Origin: Gammaproteobacteria bacterium
GTDB taxonomy: Bacteria; Pseudomonadota; Gammaproteobacteria; Eutrophobiales; Eutrophobiaceae
Assembly: GCA_965221695.1 (NCBI GenBank)
Contig: OZ244905.1
Coordinates: 3,264,001-3,328,000, forward strand
Direction of reading: 5' to 3'
Length of the DNA stretch: 64,000 nucleotides
Shown here: positions 39,197 through 48,233 of the stretch, one piece after another
How positions within the stretch are numbered: position 1 is the first letter of the stretch
Layout of the letters: each line of letters begins with the position of its first letter
Program-made: the position numbers and the translations under genes
The notes under the pieces: generated by a model
The model's input: only the letters and a program-made list of their open reading frames with translations
What the model was told of the DNA's origin: nothing
Database searches by the model: none

Positions 39197-40834
39197 ATGA
39201 GCTATCAAGTTCTCGCGCGCAAGTGGCGGCCGCGCCAATTCAGCGACATGGTCGGACAAGGTCACGTGCTCAAGGCGCTGGTGAATGCGCTGGATTCCGG
39301 CAGGTTGCACCATGCCTACCTGTTTGCAGGCACACGCGGGGTAGGTAAGACGACTCTCGCGCGCATTGTGGCAAAATGTCTCAACTGTGAAACCGGGCTT
39401 AGTTCCAAGCCCTGTGGTCAGTGTGACGCCTGTGTCGGGATTGATGAGGGCCGTTTTGTGGATTTAATCGAGGTCGACGCGGCTTCGCGGGCAAAAGTGG
39501 ATGAGACCCGAGAGCTAATGGACAACGTTCAGTATGCGCCGACGGTTGGCAGGCACAAGGTCTATCTCATCGATGAAGCGCACATGTTTTCAAAACACAG
39601 TTTCAATGCTCTGTTGAAGACGCTTGAGGAACCTCCTGGCCATGTAAAGTTCCTGCTGGCGACCACCGAACCCAAGACGATTCCGATCACTATCCTGTCA
39701 CGCTGTCTGCAGTTCAACCTTAAACGCCTGGGAGTGGAACAGATAGAGGGACAGTTGAATAAAATTCTCCAGGAGGAACATATACCTGCTGAGGATTCCT
39801 GCGCCAGGCTGATCGCCCACGCTGCTGACGGCAGTATGCGCGACGCGCTTAGCCTGCTAGATCAAGCTGTATCCTACGGCAATGGCGAGCTGGAGTCCGC
39901 TCAGGTCAGAGATATGCTGGGCACGATAGACGGCGAGGAATTGGGCTCATTGCTGACGGATATCATCGAACAGGATACTGCAGCCATGCTCGCGCGTGTT
40001 AACAGAATGGACGAGCTATCCCCTGATTACGACGGCATGCTGTGTGGCCTGTTATCCATTCTGCACGATACCGCTGTCGCACAGGTTCTGCCGGACAACT
40101 CCGATATTGTTGACGAGACCTGTCGTGATTTCGCGCGCAGGCTCGATAAGGAAGCGATTCAGCTTTATTACCAGATCGCCCTGAACGGACGCAAAGACTT
40201 GCAAATGGCGCCGGATGCAAAAACTGCATTCGAAATGACCTTGATCCGTATGCTCGCCTTTCATCCCGGGGAACCCTCTGGCGCAATGGAAAATGACAGC
40301 GGGCAGCTTGCCGGAAATACCGTGCCAACCACAGCCGCGCCACCCGCTCAGAGCAACCTCATAGAGCCGACCGTCAGTTCAGCCTCCAAGGCTGAACCAA
40401 CCACAACCGCGCCATCTTTCCAGGACCATAGCCAGGGCCAACCGAGACTTGTTGACAATGACGATTGGCACAAGTTGATCGACTCCATGAAGTTGGATGG
40501 ACTGACGAAGGAACTGGCCTCGCACTGTGTCCTGAAGGGGCATAAGGACTACAGGATCAGCCTGATGCTGCATCCGGATCAGGAGTACTTGGCCGCCACT
40601 CGTCAGAAGCACAAGTTGCAAGCTGAACTCAGCGCGCGTTTCGGCGCCGATCTCAGGCTGGCAGTGGAGGTGGAACAGCCTGCCGGGGAAACACCTGCGC
40701 AAAGGAAAGTCCGCAACGAGCTTGAGGCTCAACAGGCCGCCTTGGAAGCCGTTGAGAACGATCCGGACATCAAACTGTTCATGGACACGTTTGATGCGAC
40801 CATTGATAAGGAATCAATCAGGCGCTTGGAGTAG
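39197..40834 (+). CDS. dnaX: DNA polymerase III subunit gamma/tau
   Basis: MSYQVLARKWRP, GTRGVGKTT, IDEAHM, NALLKTLEEPP, SRCLQF. Confidence 0.97.
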   Translation: MSYQVLARKWRPRQFSDMVGQGHVLKALVNALDSGRLHHAYLFAGTRGVGKTTLARIVAKCLNCETGLSSKPCGQCDACVGIDEGRFVDLIEVDAASRAKVDETRELMDNVQYAPTVGRHKVYLIDEAHMFSKHSFNALLKTLEEPPGHVKFLLATTEPKTIPITILSRCLQFNLKRLGVEQIEGQLNKILQEEHIPAEDSCARLIAHAADGSMRDALSLLDQAVSYGNGELESAQVRDMLGTIDGEELGSLLTDIIEQDTAAMLARVNRMDELSPDYDGMLCGLLSILHDTAVAQVLPDNSDIVDETCRDFARRLDKEAIQLYYQIALNGRKDLQMAPDAKTAFEMTLIRMLAFHPGEPSGAMENDSGQLAGNTVPTTAAPPAQSNLIEPTVSSASKAEPTTTAPSFQDHSQGQPRLVDNDDWHKLIDSMKLDGLTKELASHCVLKGHKDYRISLMLHPDQEYLAATRQKHKLQAELSARFGADLRLAVEVEQPAGETPAQRKVRNELEAQQAALEAVENDPDIKLFMDTFDATIDKESIRRLE

Positions 40835-40879
40835 CTTGTGCCCAGAGGTTCCTGACGATTATGAATACAGGAGAAGCGG

Positions 40880-41203
40880 ATGAATAGCGGTTTTGGCGAC
40901 ATAATGAAACAAGCTCAGAAAATGCAGGAAAAGATGCAGCGAGTCCAGGAGGAGATAGCGGCCATGGAGATACAGGGTGAAGCAGGAGCAGGCATGGTTA
41001 AAGTGGTTATGACCGGAAGACATGACGTAAAACGGGTTGAAATAGAATCTTCCCTGCTGACCACCGACAAGGCGATGCTGGAAGACCTGGTCGCCGCCGC
41101 GGTGAATGACGCCAACAGACGGGTAGAGCGGGCTGTCCAGGACAAAATGGCGGGCGTCACTGCCGGAATGGGCTTGCCCGCGGGCTTCAAACTGCCATTC
41201 TGA
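40880..41203 (+). CDS. ybaB: Nucleoid-associated protein YbaB/EbfC
   Basis: [36 protein letters not shown]. Confidence 0.95.
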   Translation: MNSGFGDIMKQAQKMQEKMQRVQEEIAAMEIQGEAGAGMVKVVMTGRHDVKRVEIESSLLTTDKAMLEDLVAAAVNDANRRVERAVQDKMAGVTAGMGLPAGFKLPF

Positions 41204-41274
41204 TATCTGCAAGCGACGCAAATGACCGCAGACTATTGTTGCGAAACGCAGAGGCTGATGAGTGGGACTCGCGC

Positions 41275-41898
41275 ATGAAGCAAGCTGAGCCGCCCAGCTT
41301 GAGCGCCATGATTCAGGCATTGCGCTGCCTGCCTGGAATTGGGAAGAAATCTGCCCAGCGCATCAGTTACCATCTGTTGCAGCGGGATCGGGACGGCGCC
41401 AAAACCCTGGCCTCGGCATTGACGCATGCGATGGAAAACATCGGCAGTTGCGCAAGGTGCCGCAATTTTAGTGAAACCCCGATATGCGACCTGTGCCTGA
41501 GCCAGAAGCGGGATGGTTCGCTGCTTTGCATCGTAGAAAGTCCCGCGGATGTATTCGCCATGGAAGAGGCAGGCTACAACGGAAAGTATTTCGTATTGAT
41601 GGGGCGCCTGTCTCCCTTGGACGGTATCGGACCTCGGGAACTGGGACTGGACAAACTATCCGCATACCTTGCCGGCTCGCCTGAGGATGGGGTCGGCGAC
41701 CGGGTCAGGGAAGTGATTCTCGCCACCAATTCGACCGTGGAAGGCGAGGCGACCGCGCGCTATATCAATGAAATCGTGCGTAAATATCAGATCCACGTGA
41801 CCCGTATTGCGCACGGCGTCCCACTGGGCGGCGAATTGGAATATATCGATAGCGACACGCTCTCCCATGCCCTGAGCGGGCGGCGCGAGATTGCCTGA
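41275..41898 (+). CDS. recR: Recombination mediator RecR
   Basis: [12 protein letters not shown]4 zinc finger, [39 protein letters not shown]. Confidence 0.96.
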   Translation: MKQAEPPSLSAMIQALRCLPGIGKKSAQRISYHLLQRDRDGAKTLASALTHAMENIGSCARCRNFSETPICDLCLSQKRDGSLLCIVESPADVFAMEEAGYNGKYFVLMGRLSPLDGIGPRELGLDKLSAYLAGSPEDGVGDRVREVILATNSTVEGEATARYINEIVRKYQIHVTRIAHGVPLGGELEYIDSDTLSHALSGRREIA

Positions 41899-42026
41899 CG
41901 ACCAGTACATACACACACGGCGCTGAGGCTCTTCAGGAACCTCTGATTCGATCTCCCGCTATTTCTGTTTTCTGCTATACTCAAAGTTAGCTTGGATTAG
42001 TATTTGCCTCAACAGGAGAAAATCGG

Positions 42027-42275
42027 ATGAGTGCAAGAAATTGGGAAAAATCGGATTGGCAAAAAGCTCTGGAACATCATGAACAACTGTGTTCCGAGCG
42101 CGGTCGCACTACAGAAGTGAAATTTGAAGCTGTCGATAAGAGATTCGAAGCTGTCGATAAAAGATTCGATTCTGTAGAGAGACGGCTGGACAATATTGAA
42201 AGACTGCAACGCTTTACCTTGGGCGCTATCCTGGCTTGGCCGCCACTTCTGATCGCGGTTATGAAATTGGTCTGA
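42027..42275 (+). CDS. Small coiled-coil protein with heptad repeats and C-terminal transmembrane anchor
   Basis: FEAVDKR-FEAVDKR-FDSVERR (21-bp tandem units at 42123-42185), hydrophobic tail; CAGGAG RBS and TGcTATACT extended -10 upstream. Confidence 0.75.
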   Translation: MSARNWEKSDWQKALEHHEQLCSERGRTTEVKFEAVDKRFEAVDKRFDSVERRLDNIERLQRFTLGAILAWPPLLIAVMKLV

Positions 42276-42341
42276 ACCGCTGAACGGGTGGAGGCGCCTG
42301 CCCTGCCTGTTATCTCCGCTGCTGTTATATTCTTGTTTGAG

Positions 42342-43580
42342 TCAGCTTTTGGCCAGGTGGGCTATCCTGATGGGGGCCGGCGGATGTGAATCATGAAACG
42401 CCGAGTACATCGGATCCGGTGTCAAGGTGTTGGCATTTTCCTTGTAGAGTTTGACCAGGGCATTGATCAGGCTGCCGACCTGGACCTGGACTTTGGCGAA
42501 GTCATCGGCTTCAAACTCATGCTTACGCGAGATGGATGAAAACACCGGCTGCAGGAAGAAGGTAAAAGCCGGCGCCACCAGTACAAACAGGGTCAGCGCC
42601 ATATAGGTGGAAGGATTACTCACGCCCAGACCGGTATAGAACCAGGGTTGTTCCATCAATACGCCCAGTATCGCAAAGCCTGCAAGAAAGGTAGCCCCGA
42701 GGATTGCCAGGCGTTTTTTTATGTGGCCGCACTTGAAATGACCCAGTTCGTGGGCCAGCACCGCTTCTATCTCGTCGTAAGACAACTCGTCAATCAGGGT
42801 ATCGAAAAAAACGATGCGCTTGTTCGCTCCGAGGCCGGTAAAATAGGCGTTACCATGGGTGGAGCGGGTCGAGCCGTCCATGACGAAGATACCGTTGCTG
42901 GTAAACCCGTTCCGGTCCAGTAACGCGGCGATGCGGGTAGCGAGTTCGGTATTGTCCAGGGGCCTGAATTGATTGAATAACGGCGCGATGAACGCCGGGT
43001 AGGCCCACACCATGACCAGGTTGAAACCCAGCCAGGTAAGCCAGACATACAGCCACCACCAGGCGCCTGAGTTGTCCATGAACCATAACACCAGTATGAT
43101 CAGCGGCGCGCCTATGACAAGCGCGATGCTTGTATTTTTCAGCAGGTCCGAAATGAACAGCTTTAGCGTCATCTTGTTGAAACCGAAACGCTGTTCCAGG
43201 TTGAAGGTACGGTACAGAGAGAACGGCAAGTCCAGTAGCGACGAGATTAATATCACTGCCAGGATGAAAGTGGTCCCTGCCCACAAGCCGGGCAGGTTGT
43301 ACGTGCGAATAACGGAATCAAGCAGGTCCAGGCCCCCGCCCAGGGTCCAGATCAACAGCAGCAGCGAAGACACGCACAGTTCGGTCAGCCTGGCGCGGGT
43401 TTTCGCGCAGGTGTAATCGGCTGCCTTGCGATGAGCGTCAAGGGGAATCCTGTCTTCGAAGTCCTCCGGTACCGCCTCCCGGTTCGCAGAGATATGGCGG
43501 ACATGACGGGCGCTAAGGCGCCATTGCAGAACAATGCCGGCGATCAATGCTATGATAAGCGCATAACTCAAACCATTCAT
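42342..43580 (-). CDS. M48 family metallopeptidase (Ste24-like)
   Basis: [36 protein letters not shown]. Confidence 0.95.
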   Translation of the reverse strand: MNGLSYALIIALIAGIVLQWRLSARHVRHISANREAVPEDFEDRIPLDAHRKAADYTCAKTRARLTELCVSSLLLLIWTLGGGLDLLDSVIRTYNLPGLWAGTTFILAVILISSLLDLPFSLYRTFNLEQRFGFNKMTLKLFISDLLKNTSIALVIGAPLIILVLWFMDNSGAWWWLYVWLTWLGFNLVMVWAYPAFIAPLFNQFRPLDNTELATRIAALLDRNGFTSNGIFVMDGSTRSTHGNAYFTGLGANKRIVFFDTLIDELSYDEIEAVLAHELGHFKCGHIKKRLAILGATFLAGFAILGVLMEQPWFYTGLGVSNPSTYMALTLFVLVAPAFTFFLQPVFSSISRKHEFEADDFAKVQVQVGSLINALVKLYKENANTLTPDPMYSAFHDSHPPAPIRIAHLAKS

Positions 43581-43599
43581 AAGTCATATTTTAACCGAA

Positions 43600-44142
43600 A
43601 TGGCGCATTCGGAAAACAACCTTATCTGGATCGATCTCGAAATGACCGGTTTAAACCCGGACCAGGACCATATCATCGAAATCGCCACTATTATCACTGA
43701 CTCCCGGTTGAACCTGCTGGCGGAAGGTCCGGTAATGGCCTTGCATCAGCCTGAATCCGTCCTGGCCGGTATGGATGACTGGAACATGGACCAGCATACC
43801 CGCTCCGGGCTGTTGCAACGGGTGCGCGCCAGTGAGCATAGGGAGGCCGATGCGCAGAAGCTTACCCTGGAATTTTTGCGCGAATACGTACCGGCCGGCG
43901 TCTCTCCCATGTGCGGTAACAGCATCTGCCAGGACCGGCGCTTCCTGTACCGCCATATGCCGGAACTCGAAAAATATTTTCACTACCGCAACCTGGACGT
44001 AAGCACGGTTAAGGAACTCGTTAAACGCTGGACCGGTAACCCGGAACCGTTCGAGAAGGAATCGGCACACCTTGCCCTGAGCGATATCCGCGACTCCATT
44101 GAGGAGTTGAACCATTACCGGGAACTGTACTTTACCTGTTAG
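43600..44142 (+). CDS. orn: Oligoribonuclease
   Basis: [37 protein letters not shown]. Confidence 0.97.
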   Translation: MAHSENNLIWIDLEMTGLNPDQDHIIEIATIITDSRLNLLAEGPVMALHQPESVLAGMDDWNMDQHTRSGLLQRVRASEHREADAQKLTLEFLREYVPAGVSPMCGNSICQDRRFLYRHMPELEKYFHYRNLDVSTVKELVKRWTGNPEPFEKESAHLALSDIRDSIEELNHYRELYFTC

Positions 44143-44168
44143 TGGCAAAGGACACAGGGATTATTTGA

Positions 44169-44275
44169 GCCACAGAGGACACGGAGTTCACGGGAAAAAC
44201 AACGAACAATATGAAGATTACCCATAAATTGAACAGGTTCTCGATCCACTCTGTGACCTCTGTGCCCTCTGTGGC
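44169..44275 (+). repeat. ~107-bp CACAGAG-family repeat, copy 1 (inverted ends)
   Basis: GCCACAGAGGACAC...GTGCCCTCTGTGGC; direct repeat of 45873-45998. Confidence 0.85.
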
Positions 44276-44286
44276 AAAGGTGATTA

Positions 44287-45870
44287 ATGTCAGATTATGA
44301 CGTCATCATCGCCGGCGGCGGCCATAACGCATTGATATGTGCCGCGCTACTGGTCAGGAACGAGCTGAAGGTACTGGTGGCCGAACGCAATGACTGGGTG
44401 GGCGGCGGCGTGATTACCCGGGAAGTCACCTTGCCCGGGTTCAAACACGACATGTTCGGTTCTTCCCATGTCTGGATCCACCTGAATCCGGATTTCAGGG
44501 CGTTGCAACCCGAACTCGAACAGCATGGGCTGAAATACATCTGGTCGGAAGATCATATAACCGGCCACCCGAACAAGTACGAAGGCCAGGGGATCATCGT
44601 TTACCGGGACGTGGACAAGACCTGTGACACCATCGCCGAATACTCCCGCGATGATGCCCGGCGCTACCGGGAGATTTACGAGGAATTCGGCGAGATCCGG
44701 GACGGAGTGGTTAAAGGCATGTTTTCCCCGCCAGCGCCCCCCAGTTATCTTTACCAGGCCATGGAAAACAGTCCGGAAGGCTTGCGGCGGTTACGCGATT
44801 ACCAGTTGAGTTCGCGCCAGTTTACCCTGGAGAACTTCGAAAACGATCATGTGCGCGCGTTTATCCTGGGTTGGGCGATGGCGCCGCAGACGCTACCGGA
44901 CCAGCTTGGTACAGCCGCCGGGTTCTACGTGATGATCCCAAGCATCCATTACTATGGGCAGGCCATTCCGGAAGGCGGTAGCGGGATGTTGTCGGTCGCC
45001 ATGCAGCGGTATGTCGAGGCCAACGGTGGTACCGTGCTTACCAACGCGACGGTGAGAAAGTTTATCGTTGAGGATAACAGGTGTATCGGCTTTCGGCTTG
45101 AGGATGGTATCGAGATCACCGCGGAAAAAGCGGTTGTTTCTGGACTGGACCCATACCAGACCTACCTGCACGGTTTCGACGAGGGTGTGCTCACAGACAA
45201 CTTTCTCGACCTGGTGCGCAGGTTCCGTTTTGGCGATGTGACCATTGTGCGCGTGCATTATGCGTTGAACGAGGCGCCAAAATTCAGGAACGGGGCAGAC
45301 ATGGACAACACGGCCTTCCAGCGCATCTTCGGCACGGTGGCCGATATAGACAAACAATACAACGAGATGGCCATGGGAGTGGCTCCGACTGACCCGTTTT
45401 TATGGACCGCCGCCTGGACCACGATGGACCCGACCCGGGCGCCTGCAGGCAAACATACGCTGATCATGGATACGTTTGTCCCGGTAGACCTGGCTTCCGG
45501 CGAGAACTGGGAACAAATCGGACCCGCGTATGTGCGCAATACCTTGCTCAAGCAATTGCGCAACTACACAACCAACATGGAAGATGGCAACATACTGGCC
45601 GAATACGTGGAGACGGGGCCCAGCCTGGCCCGGGCCAACCTGTGTTTTTACCGGGGCGTCACCACCGGTGGCGAACGCACCCTGGCGCAGATGGGCGCAT
45701 TCCGGCCGTTTCCGAATTATGCCGATTATCGCGGTCCGATAAAGAATTTCTACATGACCGGCCCATCCTGTCATCCCGGCGGCGGTATCTGCGGCATGGG
45801 TACAATAGCCGCCAACGAAATCCTCCTGGACCTGGGTCTGAGAGAGGAGGAAGATGATTTTGAGTTTTAG
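44287..45870 (+). CDS. FAD-dependent oxidoreductase, phytoene desaturase-like family
   Basis: DVIIAGGGHNAL, ERNDWVGGG, LPGFKHD, PEGGSGML, APAGKHT, CHPGGGICG. Confidence 0.9.
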   Translation: MSDYDVIIAGGGHNALICAALLVRNELKVLVAERNDWVGGGVITREVTLPGFKHDMFGSSHVWIHLNPDFRALQPELEQHGLKYIWSEDHITGHPNKYEGQGIIVYRDVDKTCDTIAEYSRDDARRYREIYEEFGEIRDGVVKGMFSPPAPPSYLYQAMENSPEGLRRLRDYQLSSRQFTLENFENDHVRAFILGWAMAPQTLPDQLGTAAGFYVMIPSIHYYGQAIPEGGSGMLSVAMQRYVEANGGTVLTNATVRKFIVEDNRCIGFRLEDGIEITAEKAVVSGLDPYQTYLHGFDEGVLTDNFLDLVRRFRFGDVTIVRVHYALNEAPKFRNGADMDNTAFQRIFGTVADIDKQYNEMAMGVAPTDPFLWTAAWTTMDPTRAPAGKHTLIMDTFVPVDLASGENWEQIGPAYVRNTLLKQLRNYTTNMEDGNILAEYVETGPSLARANLCFYRGVTTGGERTLAQMGAFRPFPNYADYRGPIKNFYMTGPSCHPGGGICGMGTIAANEILLDLGLREEEDDFEF

Positions 45871-45872
45871 TA

Positions 45873-45998
45873 GCCACAGATAGCCACAGAGAACACAGAG
45901 GACACAGAGTTTACAGGAAAAACAACGAATAACATGAAGATTACCCGTAAATTGAATTGGTTCTCGAGCCACTCTGTGATCTCAGTGCCCTCTGTGGC
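45873..45998 (+). repeat. CACAGAG-family repeat, copy 2
   Basis: GCCACAGATAGCCACAGAGAACACAGAGGACACAGAG...GAAAAACAACGAA...ATGAAGATTACCC...CACTCTGTGATCTCAGTGCCCTCTGTGGC. Confidence 0.85.
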
Positions 45999-46030
45999 CA
46001 AAATGACCTGTTATAAAGAGAGTTTAAGTT

Positions 46031-47191
46031 ATGTCTGAAAAAGCGGAAAGAATTGCGCCCTACACGGCGCTGGTGGTACAACCCGAGGTCACCGTCGTGA
46101 AAAAACGGGAGGATATCAAACAGAACCTGGAGCGGGTCTGTAACCTGATCCACTTCGGTGTGGGCTATTTCTGGGAGCAGCCGGTACGCCTGGTGGTGTT
46201 GCCCGAATATTTCATGCAAGGTGTCGGCACACCTGGCAAGGGTGAGAGCCGCATCAAGGACCAGATGGATAAAGTCGTGACTATCCCTGGCCCGGAAACG
46301 GAACAATTGGCAGAAATAGCCGAACAGTACGGTTTGTATATTGTCGCCGGCGGCGTCTGTGAGGAACTCCCCGAGTTCCCGGACCGCTGGTTCAACACCA
46401 ACTTCATCATCGGGCCGGACGGCGATATCGTACTCAAGTACCACAAATGGCATATCCCCGCTTATATCGGCCTTGGCACCAGCCCGCATGACCTGTTCGA
46501 TGAGTATTGCGAAAAGATTGGCGGCGACATCAAGGATTTGTTTCCTGTGGTGGAAACTCCCATCGGCAAACTCGGCACCATGACCTGCCATGACGGTTGC
46601 ACGCCGGAAGTCTCGCGCGCCCTGGGCTATAACGGGGTGGAGGTGATCTGCCATCCCGGCGCGATACAGGAGGTGGAAGGGGTATCCGAACCCTGGGATT
46701 TCTGGATGTTCACGCGGCGCGCTCGCGCCCACGACAACATGTGTTACCTGCTGGGTTCCAACTGGGGCAAGGTCAACTACGACTATTACCCCAGGGCTTT
46801 TTGTCCCGGGAATTCATTTGCCATCGACTACACCGGTATGGTAATGCGGCACACCCCTTATCCGGAGGAGCAGGTGCTGGCGGTATCCATCGATATTGAA
46901 GCGTTACGACACCATCGTACAAAAACTATCCATAATTGCTGGGTGGACATGCGTACTGAAGGATTCCGCCAGATCTACGACAAACCCATTTATCCCCCCA
47001 ATCGGTTTCCGCCCGGCAATCCGCCGCACAGCCTGTCGGAGAAGGTATCCATCTGCAAGGAGGTGTTCGACGACCTGTATGCCCGCGGCCAGTTCACACC
47101 GCCGGCCGGCTATGCGCCGGAAGACATATCGGGTCTGCTGGAACAGAGGATTGCCTATGCCCAGAAAACCGGGCGCCTGAAAAAGAGCTGA
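46031..47191 (+). CDS. Carbon-nitrogen hydrolase (nitrilase/amidase superfamily)
   Basis: Glu-Lys-Cys triad motifs LPEYF, YHKWH, TCHDG. Confidence 0.9.
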   Translation: MSEKAERIAPYTALVVQPEVTVVKKREDIKQNLERVCNLIHFGVGYFWEQPVRLVVLPEYFMQGVGTPGKGESRIKDQMDKVVTIPGPETEQLAEIAEQYGLYIVAGGVCEELPEFPDRWFNTNFIIGPDGDIVLKYHKWHIPAYIGLGTSPHDLFDEYCEKIGGDIKDLFPVVETPIGKLGTMTCHDGCTPEVSRALGYNGVEVICHPGAIQEVEGVSEPWDFWMFTRRARAHDNMCYLLGSNWGKVNYDYYPRAFCPGNSFAIDYTGMVMRHTPYPEEQVLAVSIDIEALRHHRTKTIHNCWVDMRTEGFRQIYDKPIYPPNRFPPGNPPHSLSEKVSICKEVFDDLYARGQFTPPAGYAPEDISGLLEQRIAYAQKTGRLKKS

Positions 47192-47194
47192 CTT

Positions 47195-47434
47195 ATGAGA
47201 GTGCGCAGCAAGCTGGCCGATGTCGAATTCAAAATCGGCGAATTTGAATACAAAAAAGACCACCTGATCATCCACAACGCGCCGGAACAGGCCATGCAGA
47301 CCAGGGTCTACATCAGCCCCGACGACATTCTCAACGCGCTGGCAAAAGCCTTGTCCAACCCCAGAGTTTGGCTATATCTGTTCGGTTTTCCGTTCTTCCT
47401 GCTTCGTTACAGACGCCGTCACAGGGGGAGTTGA
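47195..47434 (+). CDS. Small hypothetical protein with C-terminal hydrophobic helix and Arg-rich tail
   Basis: 79-aa ORF 3 bp after the nitrilase stop; VWLYLFGFPFFLLRYRRRH. Confidence 0.7.
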   Translation: MRVRSKLADVEFKIGEFEYKKDHLIIHNAPEQAMQTRVYISPDDILNALAKALSNPRVWLYLFGFPFFLLRYRRRHRGS

Positions 47435-47435
47435 A
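47360..47435 (+). repeat. 76-bp direct repeat, left copy (3' end of the 79-aa gene)
   Basis: Identical except one base to 48102-48177. Confidence 0.95.
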
Positions 47436-47471
47436 AGAGTACCAGGGCTTGAGGGGGCAGCAGATAGCCGT

Positions 47472-47513
47472 GGTCAGAGTAAAATTCACAAATTTGTGAG
47501 TTTTACTCTGACC
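47472..47513. repeat. REP-like palindrome, GGTCAGAG family
   Basis: GGTCAGAGTAAAATTCACAAATTTGTGAGTTTTACTCTGACC, near-perfect inverted repeat. Confidence 0.75.
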
Positions 47514-47527
47514 TCAGAATTACTATG

Positions 47528-47728
47528 TTACTTTACTGCCTCAATCAAATCGATATCTTTTCTAAGCATCTCATTAATTAACGCATTCACTTCAACGCCT
47601 TTTGATGCAGCCCGCTCATTGATGTAAGCCAGTATGTCATCATCCAGATAGACGGGTAGGTTTAGTTTAGCTCCGGGCCTGTAAAATTTCCCACGCTCGC
47701 CTTCGGAAAAGTCATATTCTTCTTTCAT
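47528..47728 (-). CDS. BrnA/CopG-like (ribbon-helix-helix) antitoxin
   Basis: MKEEYDFSEGERGKFYRP, PVYLDDDI, LINEMLRK; 4-bp overlap with the toxin stop. Confidence 0.85.
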   Translation of the reverse strand: MKEEYDFSEGERGKFYRPGAKLNLPVYLDDDILAYINERAASKGVEVNALINEMLRKDIDLIEAVK

Positions 47729-48021
47729 TTTGTCATTTCATATTGCTTTTGTTCAATTTGGGACGCCTTGCGCGCAGAGATGATTCGAACTGCTAAAGTT
47801 GTATCGTCAGTCTCCTGAAAAGTATGCGCAATTACAAGCAGTTGACCGTTATCAGCTTGGCCCAGAGTGATCCAACGTTCTTCGGTTTCATCATGCTCAT
47901 GATCAATAATAGATAACGCCAAAGGGTCTTGAAACACTCATGTTGCCCGCGTAAAACTGATCTTATGTTTTCGGAAATTTGTTCTGGCCTTGTTGGTGTC
48001 CCATTCGAAATTATATTCCAT
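47725..48021 (-). pseudogene. BrnT family toxin with in-frame premature TGA
   Basis: From ATG 48021: MEYNFEWDTNKARTNFRKHKISFTRAT*VFQDPLAL...EERWITLG...RIISARKA; TGA at 47938-47940. Confidence 0.88.
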
Positions 48022-48101
48022 TCCTTGAGGCTCCTTTAATGATTCTCATAAATATCTAAGTTATGTGCGCCATATTAACACAAAGTGGAAAAATGAACCG
48101 T

Positions 48102-48177
48102 CCCAGAGTTTGGCTATATCTGTTCGGTTTTCCGTTCTTCCTGCTTCGTTACAGACGCCGCCACAGGGGGAGTTGAA
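48102..48177 (+). repeat. 76-bp direct repeat, right copy
   Basis: CCCAGAGTTTGGCTATATCTG...CAGGGGGAGTTGAA, matches 47360-47435. Confidence 0.95.
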
Positions 48178-48233
48178 GACCCACCTCGTTAATATGCTAA
48201 ACTTAATTTGTAAACAATTTCGGGGGGCGCTCA

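Noticed and set aside
39197-40834. Programmed -1 frameshift producing the DnaX gamma subunit
   Set aside because: No A AAA AAG slippery site or long A-run was seen.
44287-45870. Carotenoid biosynthesis crtI
   Set aside because: Family-level similarity only; no crtB/crtE/crtY nearby.
44169-45998. CRISPR array or integron attC array
   Set aside because: Only two long repeats separated by a whole gene, no regular spacers, no cas or intI gene and no attC core sites.
47938-47940. Selenocysteine recoding of the BrnT TGA
   Set aside because: The position is not a conserved Cys in BrnT and no convincing SECIS hairpin follows.
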